This document shows positions 1-9,587 of a stretch of 64,000 nucleotides of DNA, piece after piece. The stretch is from the NCBI GenBank assembly GCA_937912125.1, contig CALDOK010000076.1, forward strand, positions 1,592-65,591, in the 5' to 3' direction. Each line of letters opens with the position of its first letter. Position 1 is the first letter of the stretch. A model generated the notes under the pieces. It was given only the letters and a program-made list of their open reading frames with translations. It ran no database searches and was not told the DNA's origin. Both the position numbers and the translations under genes were made by a program. The stretch is from an uncultured Pseudomonadota bacterium. Lineage in GTDB: Bacteria; Myxococcota_A; UBA796; JAFGLY01.

Positions 1-1443
1 GGGAACCACCGGGAAGAGCTGCCCCACGGCCCAGGCGTCGGGCGCGGACTGGAAGACCGAGAAGTTGCAGTAGTAGACGTCGGCCAGGTGTTTCTCGAGG
101 CCCTCGAGCTCGTCGGGCACGTAGTCCAAGCCCCGCACCACGTTCAGGATGCGGGCCAGCGCCTGCCAGAAGATCCGCTCGGCGCGGGCGCGCTGCCGGA
201 GGTCCAGCAGCCCCAGCTCGAAGCGAGAGAGGGCTTCTTCGCGCATCTCGAGGGCATCGTGCCAGGCTTCCTGGAAGGTCTTGCGGGAGACGCCGTCCCG
301 CACCTCGGCCAGACCGTGCAGCAGATCGTTCTCCTCGTCGGCGACCACGACCTTCTGATCGGCGCCGGACAAGGGAGAGGCGACACCCAGCACGTTGAAG
401 ACCAGCAACGAGGAGTGCGCGACCAGGGCTCGACCGCTCTCACTCACGATGTCGGGGTGGGGTTGATCGTGCTCTTCGCAGGCGCTCTGCAGAGCCCCGA
501 CGATGTCGGCGGCGTACTCGCTGACGGTGTAGTTGACCGAAGACGGGAAGTTCGAGCGGGAGCCGTCGTAGTCCACGCCCAGGCCGCCACCCACGTCGAC
601 GATGGTGATGGGCGCGCCCAGCTTGCGCAGCTCGACGTACAGGCGAGCCGCCTCGCGCAGCACGGACTTGAACGCGCGGATGGCGCTGACCTGGCTGCCG
701 ATGTGGAAGTGCAGCAGCTCGAGGCAGTGGAGCTTGCCGCGGGCGCGCAACAGATCGATGCCGTCGACGATCTCCTGGGCGGACAGGCCGAACTTGGAGC
801 GGTCGCCCGTGGAGCCCTCCCAGCGCCCGGCGCCGCGGGTGCTGGGACGCATACGCACGCCGATGCTGGGCTCGATGTCCAGCCGCTCGGCCACCTCGAG
901 CACCGCGTCGAACTCCGAGAACTTCTCGACGACCACGATGGCCCGGTTGCCCAGCTTCTTGGCCAGCATCGCGGCCTCGAGGTACTCCTCGTCCTTGTAG
1001 CCGTTGCACACCACCAGGGACCCGGGCTGCTCGAGCAGGGACATCACCACCAGCAGCTCGGGCTTGCTGCCCGCCTCGAGGCCCATGCCCAAGGGCTCGG
1101 CGAAGCGCACGAGCTCTTCCACCAGGTTGCGCTGCTGGTTGACCTTGATGGGGTAGACCGGGTTGTAGCGCCCCGTGTACTCGTACTCGGTGATCGCTTC
1201 GGCGAAAGCCCCCTGCAGTGTGGCGACCCGGGACTGGAGGATGCCGGGGAAGCGCAGCAGGATGGGCAGCTGGATGCCGCGGGCCTCCAGGTCTTCGACC
1301 AGCAGCTGCAGATCGATACCTCCGGGCTTGACCCCACCGGGCGTGACCTCGATGTGGCCCAGGTCGTTCACACGGAAATAGCCCGCGCCCCAGTTCTGGA
1401 TGTTGTACAGCTCGGCGCTGTCTTTGACGGTCCATGCACGCAT
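1..1443 (-). CDS. speA: Biosynthetic arginine decarboxylase (N-terminal ~480 aa; 3' end lies outside the window)
   Basis: Reverse-strand translation from the ATG at 1443 reads MRAWTVKDSAELYNIQNWGAGYF...IKVNQQRNLVEEL...LHFHIGSQV, a clear match to PLP-dependent SpeA. The frame runs off the window start, so it is absent from the ORF track. Confidence 0.85.
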   Translation of the reverse strand, partial: MRAWTVKDSAELYNIQNWGAGYFRVNDLGHIEVTPGGVKPGGIDLQLLVEDLEARGIQLPILLRFPGILQSRVATLQGAFAEAITEYEYTGRYNPVYPIKVNQQRNLVEELVRFAEPLGMGLEAGSKPELLVVMSLLEQPGSLVVCNGYKDEEYLEAAMLAKKLGNRAIVVVEKFSEFDAVLEVAERLDIEPSIGVRMRPSTRGAGRWEGSTGDRSKFGLSAQEIVDGIDLLRARGKLHCLELLHFHIGSQVSAIRAFKSVLREAARLYVELRKLGAPITIVDVGGGLGVDYDGSRSNFPSSVNYTVSEYAADIVGALQSACEEHDQPHPDIVSESGRALVAHSSLLVFNVLGVASPLSGADQKVVVADEENDLLHGLAEVRDGVSRKTFQEAWHDALEMREEALSRFELGLLDLRQRARAERIFWQALARILNVVRGLDYVPDELEGLEKHLADVYYCNFSVFQSAPDAWAVGQLFPVVP

Positions 1444-1605
1444 GGGGATGCCTCCGTGGCGACGGTCCTGCCCAGGACACTCCGGGCCCGCCCACCTATC
1501 CCGGGCCTGGGCCTCCAGGAAAAAAGTCAGCCCCATTCGGTGGCCCAAGGCGGTGACATTCCCGCGCGCCAGCACCGACACGCTCCAGGCGATACCCCTC
1601 AGCTC

Positions 1606-2202
1606 ATGCGGCCCCTCCCCGTCACGCTCCTGATCCTCACCGCCTGCCGCGGCTGCGGCAGAGCTCCGCCTACGCCCCCTACCGTCCCCAGCGGCACCTA
1701 CGGGCACGAGACCATGGAGCTCAGCGTGGCGAGTCACGGGGATCGGCTGGTGGCCGCCTACGCCTCGCTCTTCGACGGAGGTGCCCAGGAGTGCGCTTGC
1801 CTGCTGGACATGCAGCGCCAGGAGCCCGGCCGCTGGGTGGCCCAGCACGCAGGCCAGCAGGTGGTGCTGGGCATGAACGAGCGGGAGATCTGGATCGAGC
1901 CCGCGGGGGGCCAGCCGGTGGACCTGGCCTGCTGCGGCGCTGGCTGGTCCGGAGACCGCGTCGCCCGCGACAGCCGCAGGCCTCCCCGGAAGTGCCGCAC
2001 GGTCTCCCAGGCCGCGGCGGTCTTCCTGCCGGTGCCCTATGTCGAGGAGCCCGAGGAGTCGGAGTGGACCACCCTCGAGCACGACCGGCTCGAAGGCACC
2101 CGCCTGTTCCGGGCCTTCGATGTCTGGGTGCTGGTGGAGATTGCAGACCCCGACGGCCTGGTGGGCCTGGTGCGCCACGAGGACCTGGACTGCGGGGCAT
2201 AG
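1606..2202 (+). CDS. Hypothetical lipoprotein
   Basis: Internal ATG at 1606, in frame with the 88..2202 ORF, gives MRPLPVTLLILTACRGC, a signal peptide with a lipobox. The upstream part of that ORF is antisense to speA and low-complexity. Confidence 0.5.
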   Translation: MRPLPVTLLILTACRGCGRAPPTPPTVPSGTYGHETMELSVASHGDRLVAAYASLFDGGAQECACLLDMQRQEPGRWVAQHAGQQVVLGMNEREIWIEPAGGQPVDLACCGAGWSGDRVARDSRRPPRKCRTVSQAAAVFLPVPYVEEPEESEWTTLEHDRLEGTRLFRAFDVWVLVEIADPDGLVGLVRHEDLDCGA

Positions 2203-2209
2203 CGCGCGA

Positions 2210-2554
2210 TCAGTCCTCCGACGCGGTGTCCTCCGCCATCTCATCAGCCACCGCCGGGAGGCCCTCCGGCTCCGCCAGCTGAGCCACCACCCGGTAGAGC
2301 TTGCCGCCGAGACCGATGGTGAAGGCGGAGAGATCCCGGATCTCCGTTGTGGTGCCCGGCAGGATCAGGCTCGCGGGCAGCACCGACTGATCCACGAGGA
2401 GGGGAGCCCCACAGCGGCTGGTCAGGCGGGTGCTCTGGCCCTCGAAGCTCAGGTCCACGCAGTCCGGCTGGCCCTGGAACACGAACTCCACCAGCGGGCC
2501 GGCATCTGCAGCGGGGACGAGCAAGGCGGCGATGAGGACGAGGACCAGCGACAT
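2210..2554 (-). CDS. Small secreted hypothetical protein
   Basis: Internal M (aa 18 of the 131-aa ORF) starts MSLVLVLIAALLVPAADAG, a cleavable signal peptide. No recognisable domain. Confidence 0.4.
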   Translation of the reverse strand: MSLVLVLIAALLVPAADAGPLVEFVFQGQPDCVDLSFEGQSTRLTSRCGAPLLVDQSVLPASLILPGTTTEIRDLSAFTIGLGGKLYRVVAQLAEPEGLPAVADEMAEDTASED

Positions 2555-2741
2555 GGGAGGGCTCCGCGCGGGTGGCGCCGAGGACCTATGCAAGGCGCGT
2601 TCCAACTACGAAAACCCTGGTCTACCGCCCATCGGGAGCGGCGACAGCGCTCAGGCCGCGGCGGGATCGAGACATGGAGATCGCGGGCTGGAGATCGCGG
2701 TTCAACCTGGAGGGCCTGGCCATGCGGCGCCAGCCCGGCGG

Positions 2742-4031
2742 CTACAGGCTGACCCAGCGAAAGAGGTAGACCTCTCCATAAGGCTCGTAGGGGGAATCCG
2801 AGTGCACGTCCGGCGCACCGACCACGAGATCCCAGCGCAGGGCGTCGTCGGACTCGATGGCCAGCAGCGCGGCACCGAAGCTGTCGTCCGGATGTTGCGC
2901 GCCGATCAAGTGAGCGCTGGCGTCCCCGCCCTCGAGGCCGCCCGCCTCGATGGGGCCGCTGAAGACCCACACCGACCCGTCCCCTCCAGCGGCGAGCTCC
3001 GCCACCCCGTCGCTGTCGAGATCCCCGGTGGTGAGGGCGACGGCGGGCAGGGCGATGGCCGTGGCCGCCTCATCCATGGCAGATCCACCCGCGTCCACGA
3101 GGAGGTACACCGTGGTAGCGGCGCCGTCGTTCCAGGCCACCGCGATGTCTCCACGGCCGTCGCCGTCGAGGTCGTCGCCCGCCACCATGGCCGTGGCATG
3201 GCCCATGGGCGCGGTCCAGGTGGCCTCGGCCGCCGACGCGAGATCGACGTCACCAGCCGCGAAGGAGGTCAAGCGAACCAGGGCCGACGACGCTGGATCG
3301 GCGAGGAGCAGGTCGTTCACTCCGTCGCCGTCGAGATCCGCAGCGGCGATACGCATGCCGGCGGGATCCGCGGCGCTCCAGGTGAGCCCGGGCTCCGGCG
3401 AAGGGCCGACAGGTCCAAAGGCCACCCCGCTGGCGTGGCACAGCTCGTCCACGCCGTTGCCATCCAGGTCCCCGCAGCGCACCCCTGACCACGCGTCCCG
3501 GCCCGCCACCGGCAGGACCCCGGGGTCCGTGACGCTGTGGGAGCCCAGCAGCGGACCGGGAAACAGGTAGGCGGGCTCGGAGAGGTCCGAGTCCCCGGGA
3601 GAAGTGAACGCCAGCAGGTCTGGCTCACCGTCGCCGGTGACATCCCCCGGGAGCACCACCTCGGTGCCGAGGAGGGTGTTTGCGTACCCCCCAGAATCGG
3701 ACACGTAGTCCCCCTCCGCCCGCGCGATGGTACCCCCACTCAGGCTGCCAATGAGCGAATTGATCAGATAGATCGTCGAATTTTCGGTGTCCTCCCAGTA
3801 CTCGCTCCCCCTGCTGGGCCCCCCGATCACCAGGCGCGCGCCCGGTCCGGACGTCAACGAGGCGCCGAGCCTCTGGTCGCAGGTCGCACTCCAAGTGACG
3901 CTCGGGGCGAGATCGGTGATGGGCGAGCCCGTATCTGCTGGCGGACCTGTGTCGGTGGAGGGCGGAGAGCCGCTGTCATCCTCCACCCCACAGCCGACGA
4001 GCAACACGAGCGCGTACATGCAGTCAGTCAT
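2742..4031 (-). CDS. FG-GAP / VCBS-repeat lipoprotein (integrin-alpha-like beta-propeller)
   Basis: Lipoprotein N-terminus MYALVLLVGCG. Repeated motifs GDLDGNGVDEL, ADLDGDGVNDLL, GDDLDGDGRGDIAV and GDLDSDGVAEL are typical FG-GAP repeats. Confidence 0.7.
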   Translation of the reverse strand: MTDCMYALVLLVGCGVEDDSGSPPSTDTGPPADTGSPITDLAPSVTWSATCDQRLGASLTSGPGARLVIGGPSRGSEYWEDTENSTIYLINSLIGSLSGGTIARAEGDYVSDSGGYANTLLGTEVVLPGDVTGDGEPDLLAFTSPGDSDLSEPAYLFPGPLLGSHSVTDPGVLPVAGRDAWSGVRCGDLDGNGVDELCHASGVAFGPVGPSPEPGLTWSAADPAGMRIAAADLDGDGVNDLLLADPASSALVRLTSFAAGDVDLASAAEATWTAPMGHATAMVAGDDLDGDGRGDIAVAWNDGAATTVYLLVDAGGSAMDEAATAIALPAVALTTGDLDSDGVAELAAGGDGSVWVFSGPIEAGGLEGGDASAHLIGAQHPDDSFGAALLAIESDDALRWDLVVGAPDVHSDSPYEPYGEVYLFRWVSL

Positions 4032-4077
4032 CGCTCGATGGTAGCACCATGCTCTGCTATCGCCGAGCGGTGGTTCC

Positions 4078-5919
4078 TCACCGCGCCGGATCGAAGGTCA
4101 GGCTGGGGGGCGTGCGCATGTCGATGGGCACCGACCCATCCCGTCGAGCGGCGCCGGAAGGGAACTCCCACGGCTCCAACGCCACCGTGGTGGCGCCGGT
4201 CCAGTCCGCCGTGCGCCAGGCCCCGGCCCCGGCAGAGCTGGCGAAGGGCGGGCCGAACAGGGCGGTGAGCGCCTGGCGCTGGCGGCTGACGGCCTGGGCC
4301 AGGCCCAGTGGATAGTGCTCGCGGTTGAGCACGATGACGGCCAAGCCCCGGTCCTGCAGGACCGCGAGATCAGCGGCGTCGAAGTCCAGCGCCCCCACAA
4401 GGCTGCCGTCCTCCACCGCCTGCAGCCCCCGCAGGAAGCTGTTGGCGGCCACGAACGCGTCCCAGGCCGGGGGCCGGACCCTGTCTACCCACAGCCCGTG
4501 GCCGTTCACCAGGGCCTTGCCGTGGGCCAGCTGGTACAGCAGCGGCTTCTGGCTCAGGGCCACCCGGGGGGACAGGGGCAGATCCAGCAGCACGTCGCCC
4601 GGCTCCTGAGCCAGGCTGGCGTAGAAGGCGGGGGGCCAGATCAGGGCGGTGCTGTGCGCCCGGACCCCTGGACCCTGGACCAGGAGAAGGACGGGACAGC
4701 TCGCCACCAGCAGCCCGGCCACGCCCCAGGAGGCCCAGACCCGCCCCAGCGCCGGCAGCGCCCGCGCCGCCAGCAGGCACAGGGCCAGGTTGCACACCAG
4801 CACATGGCGCGAGGGCCACCAGAAGCGCCGCAGCGGCGCCGCGACGCCATAGACGAGCTCGAAGGGAGAGAGCCCCCCGACCTGCAACGCCGGCCCCATG
4901 GCCAGCGCCAGGAACAGACCCCAGCAGCCGAGCAGGGCGAGGTCGAGCCAGGCTCGATCGCTCCGCCCCAAGACCAGCTTCACCACCTGAGCCAGCGCCA
5001 GGACCACCACGGTGGCGGGCAGCGCCTGCCCCACGAAGCGGCCCTGCCGGACCAGGAAGGGCAGCATGGGGTCCAGGCTGTCCCGCACAGCCTCGGGGTG
5101 GGGGAAGATCTCCTCGCCGGTGCCGGGCAGCTCGGCCCAGTGGCCCAGGTACCAGAGCAGCGGGCCGGCCACCAACACCAGGAAGCAGACAGCGAACGCC
5201 ACCACGGGCTTCCAGGGCAGGTCCCGCAGCCGGCCGCCGCGCCGCCACGCCCCCGCGCCCGCGCCCAGGGCCAGGATCCCGCCAGCCAGGATCGCGAAGA
5301 GCCCGTGGTACCAGTACAGCGCAGACGCCACCGCCAGCAGCGCCCCCGCCGCCAGCGCCCAGCGCAGCCGAGGCGCGCGCAGGAACCGAAGCCAGGCGCC
5401 GATGAACAGCAGCACCCAGAGCAGATCGGCCTGGCTGAAGCGGCCCGCGCCCAGCTCCCGCACCGCGTAGGGGCCAGCGCCCAGGGCCGCTCCCGCCAGC
5501 AGCGCCCCCGGCCAGGAGGCCCCCGCGCCCCGCGCCATCCAGCAGGCCGCCAGACCGTTGCCCACCAGCACCAAGACCAGGAAGACGTTGGCGCCCACAG
5601 GCCAGCCGAAGGCCAGGTGGAAGGGCAGGTAGAGCAAACCTTCGCCGCCGTTCCCAGCCAGGAAGGGGGCGTCGCCGACCGGCCAGTAGTAGCGGCTGTT
5701 GTGCAGCAGGCCCTCGAGGCCCACCACCCGCTCCGCCACCCACACCAGCAGCCACTGATTACCAGCGCAGTCGGGGTGCATCACGCCACAGAGCATGCCC
5801 TGACCGGGCGCCTGCCACACGGGGGCCGTGGCCAGCAGCGCGAGCCCGAGGCTGGTGACCATCGCGGCAAGCCACCACCAACGATCCGCAGCGGGGGTAC
5901 TCTCGAACGCCTGCGTCAT
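4078..5919 (-). CDS. Large polytopic membrane protein (~12 TM helices plus C-terminal soluble domain); family not recognised
   Basis: 613-aa ORF with many hydrophobic helices (LVLVLVGNGLAACW, WVLLFIGAWLRF, VVAFAVCFLVLVAGPLLWY and others) and a ~200-aa C-terminal non-membrane domain. Paralogous in layout to 5968..7692. Confidence 0.7.
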   Translation of the reverse strand: MTQAFESTPAADRWWWLAAMVTSLGLALLATAPVWQAPGQGMLCGVMHPDCAGNQWLLVWVAERVVGLEGLLHNSRYYWPVGDAPFLAGNGGEGLLYLPFHLAFGWPVGANVFLVLVLVGNGLAACWMARGAGASWPGALLAGAALGAGPYAVRELGAGRFSQADLLWVLLFIGAWLRFLRAPRLRWALAAGALLAVASALYWYHGLFAILAGGILALGAGAGAWRRGGRLRDLPWKPVVAFAVCFLVLVAGPLLWYLGHWAELPGTGEEIFPHPEAVRDSLDPMLPFLVRQGRFVGQALPATVVVLALAQVVKLVLGRSDRAWLDLALLGCWGLFLALAMGPALQVGGLSPFELVYGVAAPLRRFWWPSRHVLVCNLALCLLAARALPALGRVWASWGVAGLLVASCPVLLLVQGPGVRAHSTALIWPPAFYASLAQEPGDVLLDLPLSPRVALSQKPLLYQLAHGKALVNGHGLWVDRVRPPAWDAFVAANSFLRGLQAVEDGSLVGALDFDAADLAVLQDRGLAVIVLNREHYPLGLAQAVSRQRQALTALFGPPFASSAGAGAWRTADWTGATTVALEPWEFPSGAARRDGSVPIDMRTPPSLTFDPAR

Positions 5920-5967
5920 GGGCCTGCTCTATTCCATCGAGCCGGCGCACGATACCATGGCGGCCGG

Positions 5968-7692
5968 ATGTCCCCACTCCCTCCCCCCGTCCCCGCGACC
6001 CAGACCGCCCCCGCCTGGCTGCTGCCCGCGGCCTTCATCGGGCTGCTGGCCCTGGCCGCCTGGTCCTTGGTGTCCACGGGCGGTGAGCCCCTGCTGGCAT
6101 GGCGCGGAGCCGAAGTCTGGGGTCACGCCTGGACCTGGTGGTGGCACGGCGAAGCCCTCCCCGCCTGGCCCGACGGCACCAGCCTGGCCACCGGCGCCGC
6201 CTCCTGGCCTGTCATCGATCCCCTCCCCGCTTTGCTGGGCGCCGGCATCAGCCGCGCCGCTGGGCCGGTCGTCGCCTGGAACGCCATGGCCCTCGCAGGC
6301 ATCGCCGGGGCGTTCGCAGGCGGCAGGTGGCTGTCCCGACGCGTGGGCGGCAGCGGGGCCGTGGGCGGCCTGGTCCTGGCCATGGGGCCCGTGTTCACCG
6401 GCAGCCTGCTGTCGGGCTTGAGCGAAGACCTGGCCATCGGGCTGCTGGCGGTGGCGGTGGGGCTGGTGGTGAAGCCCCCCGCCCTCGGTCCCTCAGCCTC
6501 GGCCACGAGCTGGCGCTGGGCCATCGCCGCGGGCTGCTCCCTGGGGCTGCTGGCCTGGTGTGGCCCCTACCTGGCCTGGCTGGGGGCAGCGACCGCGGTG
6601 GTGGCGGGCCTGACGCACCTGATCCGGGCACCCCGCTCCTGGTCGCGCTGGCTGGTGGCCGGACTCATCGCGGCCGCCCTGGCCGTCCCACCCCTGCTGG
6701 CCCAGGGCGCCCGCGCCATCACCGGGGCAGGACACCGCAGCGGCGTCCACCTGGGCCAGGCCGAGCCCCTGTGGCAGCTCAACCCCTGGGGACAGGCCGA
6801 CCTGCTGTCCTTCCTCACCCCAGGGGCCATCGCCCTTCCGGCCGACGCCGTGATCCGACTCCACCCCACCTACCTGGGGCTGGGGGTGCTGCTGCTGGCC
6901 TCGCTGGCGGGCCGCAGCCGCTGGTGGTGGCTGCTGCTGGCTGCGCTGCTGCTGGCGCCAGGAGAGCAGCTGCACTGGCTGGGCCAGGCCCACGACCTGT
7001 CCAACCCCGCGGCCCTGGCCCTGGACTGGCTCCCGGGGGGAGCGCTGCTGAACCACCACGCCAGGCTGTTCCTGCTCGGACAGGTCGCCCTGGCGGCCCT
7101 GGCGGCCCTGGGTGCCCAGCGGCTGGCGACTCGTCCGCGCTGGCGCCCCAGGCTCGTGCTCCCCTTGGCGGCGCTGCTGGTCATGGTGGACTACGGGCTG
7201 TTGGCCCCGGTGCCATGGCCTCTGCCTGCCGCCCAGGCCCAGAGCCCAGACTTCCTCGGTGAGCTCGGGCCGCTCAACCCCGGGATGTTGCTGTGGCTGC
7301 CAACGGGGGGGCCCGGGCTCTCTCCGCAGCGGCCCCTGCTGGACCAGCGCGCCCACGGCCGGCCGCTGGCGCTGAACCCCAACCGCCCCGGAGCCCCCAC
7401 CTGGCTGCCCCGCAGCCCCCTGGGGGGCTGGCTGGCCGCGCTGGGGCGCACCCCCGGCGCACCCCCGCCCGCCGATCGAGACGTCCAGCCCCTGATCGAC
7501 CACGCGCTGCGCGTGCTGGCCGTGGCCGCCCCCCTCGACCGCGCCGTGGCCGCCCACCTGGGCCCACCCACCGTCCAGGGCCAGGACGGCGCCGCGTGGG
7601 ATCTGAACCTGCTGGCCGGTGAGCTGGCCCCCGCCACCGCCCCCCAAGCCGGTCGCTCCGGGGATATGCTGATCGAGGAGCCACAACCGTGA
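5968..7692 (+). CDS. Paralogous large polytopic membrane protein, family not recognised
   Basis: ATG at 5968, in frame with the 4315..7692 ORF, gives MSPLPPPVPATQTAPAWLLPAAFIGLLALAAW followed by >10 TM segments and a C-terminal soluble domain. The upstream 550 codons of the track ORF are antisense junk. The stop overlaps the GTG start of the next gene. Confidence 0.65.
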   Translation: MSPLPPPVPATQTAPAWLLPAAFIGLLALAAWSLVSTGGEPLLAWRGAEVWGHAWTWWWHGEALPAWPDGTSLATGAASWPVIDPLPALLGAGISRAAGPVVAWNAMALAGIAGAFAGGRWLSRRVGGSGAVGGLVLAMGPVFTGSLLSGLSEDLAIGLLAVAVGLVVKPPALGPSASATSWRWAIAAGCSLGLLAWCGPYLAWLGAATAVVAGLTHLIRAPRSWSRWLVAGLIAAALAVPPLLAQGARAITGAGHRSGVHLGQAEPLWQLNPWGQADLLSFLTPGAIALPADAVIRLHPTYLGLGVLLLASLAGRSRWWWLLLAALLLAPGEQLHWLGQAHDLSNPAALALDWLPGGALLNHHARLFLLGQVALAALAALGAQRLATRPRWRPRLVLPLAALLVMVDYGLLAPVPWPLPAAQAQSPDFLGELGPLNPGMLLWLPTGGPGLSPQRPLLDQRAHGRPLALNPNRPGAPTWLPRSPLGGWLAALGRTPGAPPPADRDVQPLIDHALRVLAVAAPLDRAVAAHLGPPTVQGQDGAAWDLNLLAGELAPATAPQAGRSGDMLIEEPQP

Positions 7693-9509
7693 TCAACGAA
7701 GCCCGCCTCACCGAGATCCTCGACCTGCTCATCGCCCGTGGCGTGATCCACCAGGGTCAGAAGCAGGACGTGCTGAACCGCGGCCGCGAGCAGGCCCGGC
7801 ACATCCTGCTGGACAAGCGCGCCGAGCTACGCCGCCTGCTGGGGCGCCAGCGGGTCAACTACCGCGTCCACGAGATCGAGCTGGTGGCCTCGTTCCGCTT
7901 CCATCGGGGCGATCGGCCCGACGAGCTGGTGGACGAAGAGGTGGTCACCCGGGTGGTGGCCGAGGCCCGTCAGATGCCCTTCGTGCACCTGGACCCCCTG
8001 GCCCTGAACTACAAGCTGGTCACAGAGACCTTCGGCGGCCCCTTCGCCGAGCGCCACATGGTCATCGCCCTCGAGGACACCCCCGAGCTGCTCACCCTGG
8101 CTATGGCCGACCCCTGGGACCAGGAGCTGCTCGACAGCATCGCGCGCTTCAAGAACAAGGCCATCAGCCCCGTAGTGGCCACCAAGTCCGAGATCCTCCA
8201 GGTCATCGTGGAGTTCCACGGTTTCCGCCGCTCCATGCGCGCGGCCGAAGAAGAGTTCCGCTCTGACCTGCCCGATCTGGGCAACCTCGAGCAGCTGTAC
8301 CGCATGAAGGGCGCAGCCGAGCTGGACGCCACCGACCAGCCCGTGGTCCAGGCCGTCTGGTACCTGCTCAACTATGCCTTCGAGAACCGCGCTTCGGACA
8401 TCCACATCGAGCCCAAGCGCGAGGAAGCCCTGGTCCGGATGCGCATCGACGGCGTGCTGCACCGCATCCACCGCCTGCCCAAGCTGGTCCACCCCGCCAT
8501 GGTCAGCCGCGTGAAGATGCTGGCCCGCATGGACATCGCCGAGCGCCGCCGACCGCAGGATGGTCGCTTCAAGACCCACCACGGCGGCGACGAGGTGGAG
8601 ATGCGGGTGAGCACCGTGCCCACCGCCTTCGGCGAGAAGGTGGTCATGCGCATCTTCGACCCGGGCATCTACGTCAAGAACGTAGACTCCATGGGCCTGT
8701 TCCAGCGCGAGCGCATGCTCCTCGAGCGCATGCTCTCCACCAAAGCCGGCATGGTGCTGGTCACCGGCCCCACCGGCAGCGGCAAGACCACCACCCTGTA
8801 CACCGCGCTCCACCACATCAACTCGCCGCGCATCAACATCTGCACCCTCGAAGACCCCATCGAGATCGTGCAAGAAGAGTTCAACCAGTTCCCCGTGCAG
8901 CCCAAGATCGGCTTCACCTTCGCCACGGCCCTGCGCACCGTGCTGCGCCAGGATCCCGACGTGGTCATGCTGGGTGAAATCCGCGATCCCGAGACCGCCG
9001 AACATGCCGTCCAGGCCGCGCTCACCGGCCACCTGGTGCTCAGCACCCTGCACACCAACGACGCCGCCTCGGCGGTCACCCGCCTGCTGGACCTCGACAT
9101 CTACCCCTTCCTGATCGCCTCGGTCCTCCAGGGCGTCATCGCCCAGCGCCTGGTGCGTCGCATCTGCCCCAACTGCGCTGTGGACGAGATCCTGAGCGAG
9201 GATCAGGTGCTCAGCCTGCGCATCGGCGGCGCCCGCGGCCGCAAGCTGGGCGTCAAGCGCGGCGCAGGCTGCATCAAGTGCCGGGGCACCGGCTACCGAG
9301 GCCGCACCGGCGTGTTCGAGGTGCTCCCCATCACCCCCCGCATCGGCAAGCTCATCGCCGATCGAGCCCCCTCGGTGGAGATCAAGAAAGAAGCGCTGAA
9401 CGACGGGATGATGACCCTGCGGGAGTACGCCATCAAGAAGATGGCCATGGGCGAGACCACCTACGAAGAGGTGCTCGCCATGACCGACGAGGTCAACGTC
9501 TACACCTAG
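7689..9509 (+). CDS. GspE/PilB-family secretion ATPase (type II/IV secretion NTPase) with N-terminal T2SSE_N-like domain
   Basis: Walker A VTGPTGSGKTTTL, Asp/His boxes and GEIRDPETAE...LVLSTLHTNDA. C-terminal tetracysteine CPNCAVDE...CIKCRGTGYRGR. GTG start overlapping the upstream stop (GTGA). Confidence 0.9.
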   Translation: MINEARLTEILDLLIARGVIHQGQKQDVLNRGREQARHILLDKRAELRRLLGRQRVNYRVHEIELVASFRFHRGDRPDELVDEEVVTRVVAEARQMPFVHLDPLALNYKLVTETFGGPFAERHMVIALEDTPELLTLAMADPWDQELLDSIARFKNKAISPVVATKSEILQVIVEFHGFRRSMRAAEEEFRSDLPDLGNLEQLYRMKGAAELDATDQPVVQAVWYLLNYAFENRASDIHIEPKREEALVRMRIDGVLHRIHRLPKLVHPAMVSRVKMLARMDIAERRRPQDGRFKTHHGGDEVEMRVSTVPTAFGEKVVMRIFDPGIYVKNVDSMGLFQRERMLLERMLSTKAGMVLVTGPTGSGKTTTLYTALHHINSPRINICTLEDPIEIVQEEFNQFPVQPKIGFTFATALRTVLRQDPDVVMLGEIRDPETAEHAVQAALTGHLVLSTLHTNDAASAVTRLLDLDIYPFLIASVLQGVIAQRLVRRICPNCAVDEILSEDQVLSLRIGGARGRKLGVKRGAGCIKCRGTGYRGRTGVFEVLPITPRIGKLIADRAPSVEIKKEALNDGMMTLREYAIKKMAMGETTYEEVLAMTDEVNVYT

Positions 9510-9587
9510 GCGTCCACACCCAGGCGTCCACACCCAGGCGTCCCCACAGGGGAGCCCACCCGCTCCCGGACGCGGGGCGCGATCCCG

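Noticed and set aside
88-1600. N-terminal 500 codons of the 704-aa plus-strand ORF 88..2202
   Set aside because: It lies antisense to a clear speA reading frame. The sequence is low-complexity Ala/Gly/Arg/Leu-rich, typical of stop-free antisense frames in 70% GC DNA. Only the last 198 codons, with signal peptide, look real.
4315-5960. First ~550 codons of the 1125-aa ORF 4315..7692 and the fully overlapping 4370..5755 minus-strand ORF
   Set aside because: These are antisense or alternative frames of the 4078..5919 membrane protein gene. Composition is Gly/Arg/Pro/Ala-rich with no domain.
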